A stretch of 64,000 bases of DNA from an uncultured Actinomycetota bacterium (GTDB lineage: Bacteria; Actinomycetota; Acidimicrobiia; Spongiisociales; UBA4744). The translations under genes and the position numbers were made by a program. The notes under the pieces were generated by a model, which had not been told where the DNA came from, did not search any database, and saw only the letters and a program-made list of their open reading frames with translations. Shown piece by piece: positions 62,902 to 64,000 of the stretch; within the stretch, counting starts at the first letter, position 1, and each line of letters starts with the position of its first letter. The stretch spans positions 82,225 through 146,224 of the forward strand of contig CAWGNJ010000006.1 in the NCBI GenBank assembly GCA_963823915.1, given 5' to 3'.

Positions 62902-63821
62902 TTAGTGAGCGCCCCGGCCCGACCACACAGCCGGCATGGTCTGGGCGAGAAGCTTCAATTCCAGACCCAAACCCCAGTTCTGGATGTATTCAAGATCCAT
63001 CTCTACCCAGGTGTTGAAGTCAACGTCGGATCGACCACTCACCTGCCAGATACATGTCAGACCAGGCTTGGCGAGGAGACGTTGGAACTCCCAATCGCCG
63101 TACTCCTCGACCTCGGACGGAATAGGCGGCCGGGGACCCACCAGGCTCATTCTTCCGGCCAGCACGTGGAAGAGCTGAGGGAGCTCATCGAGGCTCAGCT
63201 TACGAATCAGTTTCCCCACTGGCGTGATCGGGTGTTCGCACGAATCTTGAAGATCGGCCCATCCGCCTCGTTGACATCCTGAAGGTCGGTCAGCCAACTA
63301 TCGGCGTCCATCTTCATGGAGCGGAACTTGAAGAACCGGAATGGAACACCGTGGCGCCCGATGCGCTCGCTCACGTACAACAGAGGTCCGGGCGAGGTGA
63401 CTGCAATAGCCAGCGCCGTGATGACAAACAAAGGAGAGAAAAGCAAGATTGCGACCAGGGCCCCGACGATATCGATCAAGCGCTTCGCTCGCGGTTTCCA
63501 CACCGGAGCCGAGAGAGGCCGGGCGGTTTCGTCGAGAAACAGTCGTGTATCGACCTCGACCGGCTCGGTTCCCTGACGCAGGTCGATGACGACGTGAAGG
63601 TCGTCGACTCTTGGATCTGTTTCAGGATCGATCGCCTCTTCGGCGACCTCTTGATGCAGCCTTAGCCCCCCGAGAACCTGATTTGGCTCGGAGAATGCCG
63701 CCCCTTCGGATGTCATTTCATGCCCCTTTGGGCCCTGGCGGGCCGCCTCCCTTATGTTGTCCAACCGCACGATCGGTAGCGGCCTGTCGGTGTCTGGCAC
63801 CGACTCCCCATGGCCAACCAC
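62902..63821 (-). CDS. polyprenyl-phosphate glycosyl-1-phosphate transferase (bacterial sugar transferase, WbaP/PglC-like), with a frameshift near 63250
   Basis: RLIDIVGALVAILLFSPLFVITALAIAVTSPGPLLYVSERIGRHGVPFRFFKFRSM in one frame; LDELPQLFHVLAGRMSLVGPRP (signature) in the other. Confidence 0.8.
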
Positions 63822-64000
63822 GGTCCGCCGTGACTATCCAGCTTTTAGCCACGCACAGCGGTTATGTGTCCACCCTATCCAATGTCGTGTTGTTACGACA
63901 ATGGGGCGCTCGCCCTATTTTCTGGTTGCCCATGGTAACTAGTGATGAAACGCGGTTCGGTGAGGCTAGGCCGTTAGCATCGTCGTGCAAAGCATTTACA

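Overview
High-GC (~65-70%) actinobacterial-type chromosomal segment with four zones. (1) 1-11.1 kb looks like an accessory, island-like region: a truncated IS110-family transposase at the window edge, a frameshifted M28 peptidase, an internally deleted alpha/beta-hydrolase relic, an ANT-like nucleotidyltransferase, an esterase and a decayed toxin-antitoxin pair, ending in what I read as a 3' fragment of tRNA-Sec (selC), consistent with an att-site duplication. (2) 11.1-17.3 kb holds glycan-metabolism genes: two GT4 glycosyltransferases, a GH5-like hydrolase, a GH130 phosphorylase and an (alpha/alpha)6-barrel protein. (3) 17.3-30.7 kb holds housekeeping and miscellaneous genes: a SAM methyltransferase, an XRE regulator with a C-terminal TM anchor, a TauE/SafE exporter, a DDAH-like amidinotransferase, a cystathionine gamma-synthase/lyase next to a decayed CBS-like gene, heme A synthase CtaA, a YyaL thioredoxin-domain protein, a group-2 sigma-70 factor and L-2-hydroxyglutarate oxidase. 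This zone is interrupted by a tandem array of ~110-bp GC-rich palindromic repeats and several heptanucleotide microsatellites. (4) 30.8-63.8 kb is a large surface-polysaccharide (EPS/O-antigen-like) locus. It encodes Wzc, Wzy-like, Wzx and an initiating phosphoglycosyltransferase, six GT4, one GT2, a GT26 and a PMT-like GT-C enzyme, GDP-fucose (gmd, fcl) and CDP-6-deoxyhexose (rfbF, RmlC-like, SDR) pathways, a PIG-L deacetylase and kinase-like proteins. It also carries three tandem secreted/anchored beta-helix proteins whose C-terminal ~1.1 kb are essentially nucleotide-identical. Near its right end sits a lasso-peptide-like module (B2 protease, PqqD-like B1, PF14907-type nucleotidyltransferase, and a 65-aa ORF translationally coupled to B2) with no cyclase in the window. 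Many genes carry frameshifts, in part at homopolymer runs, so the sequence is either error-prone or from a decaying genome.
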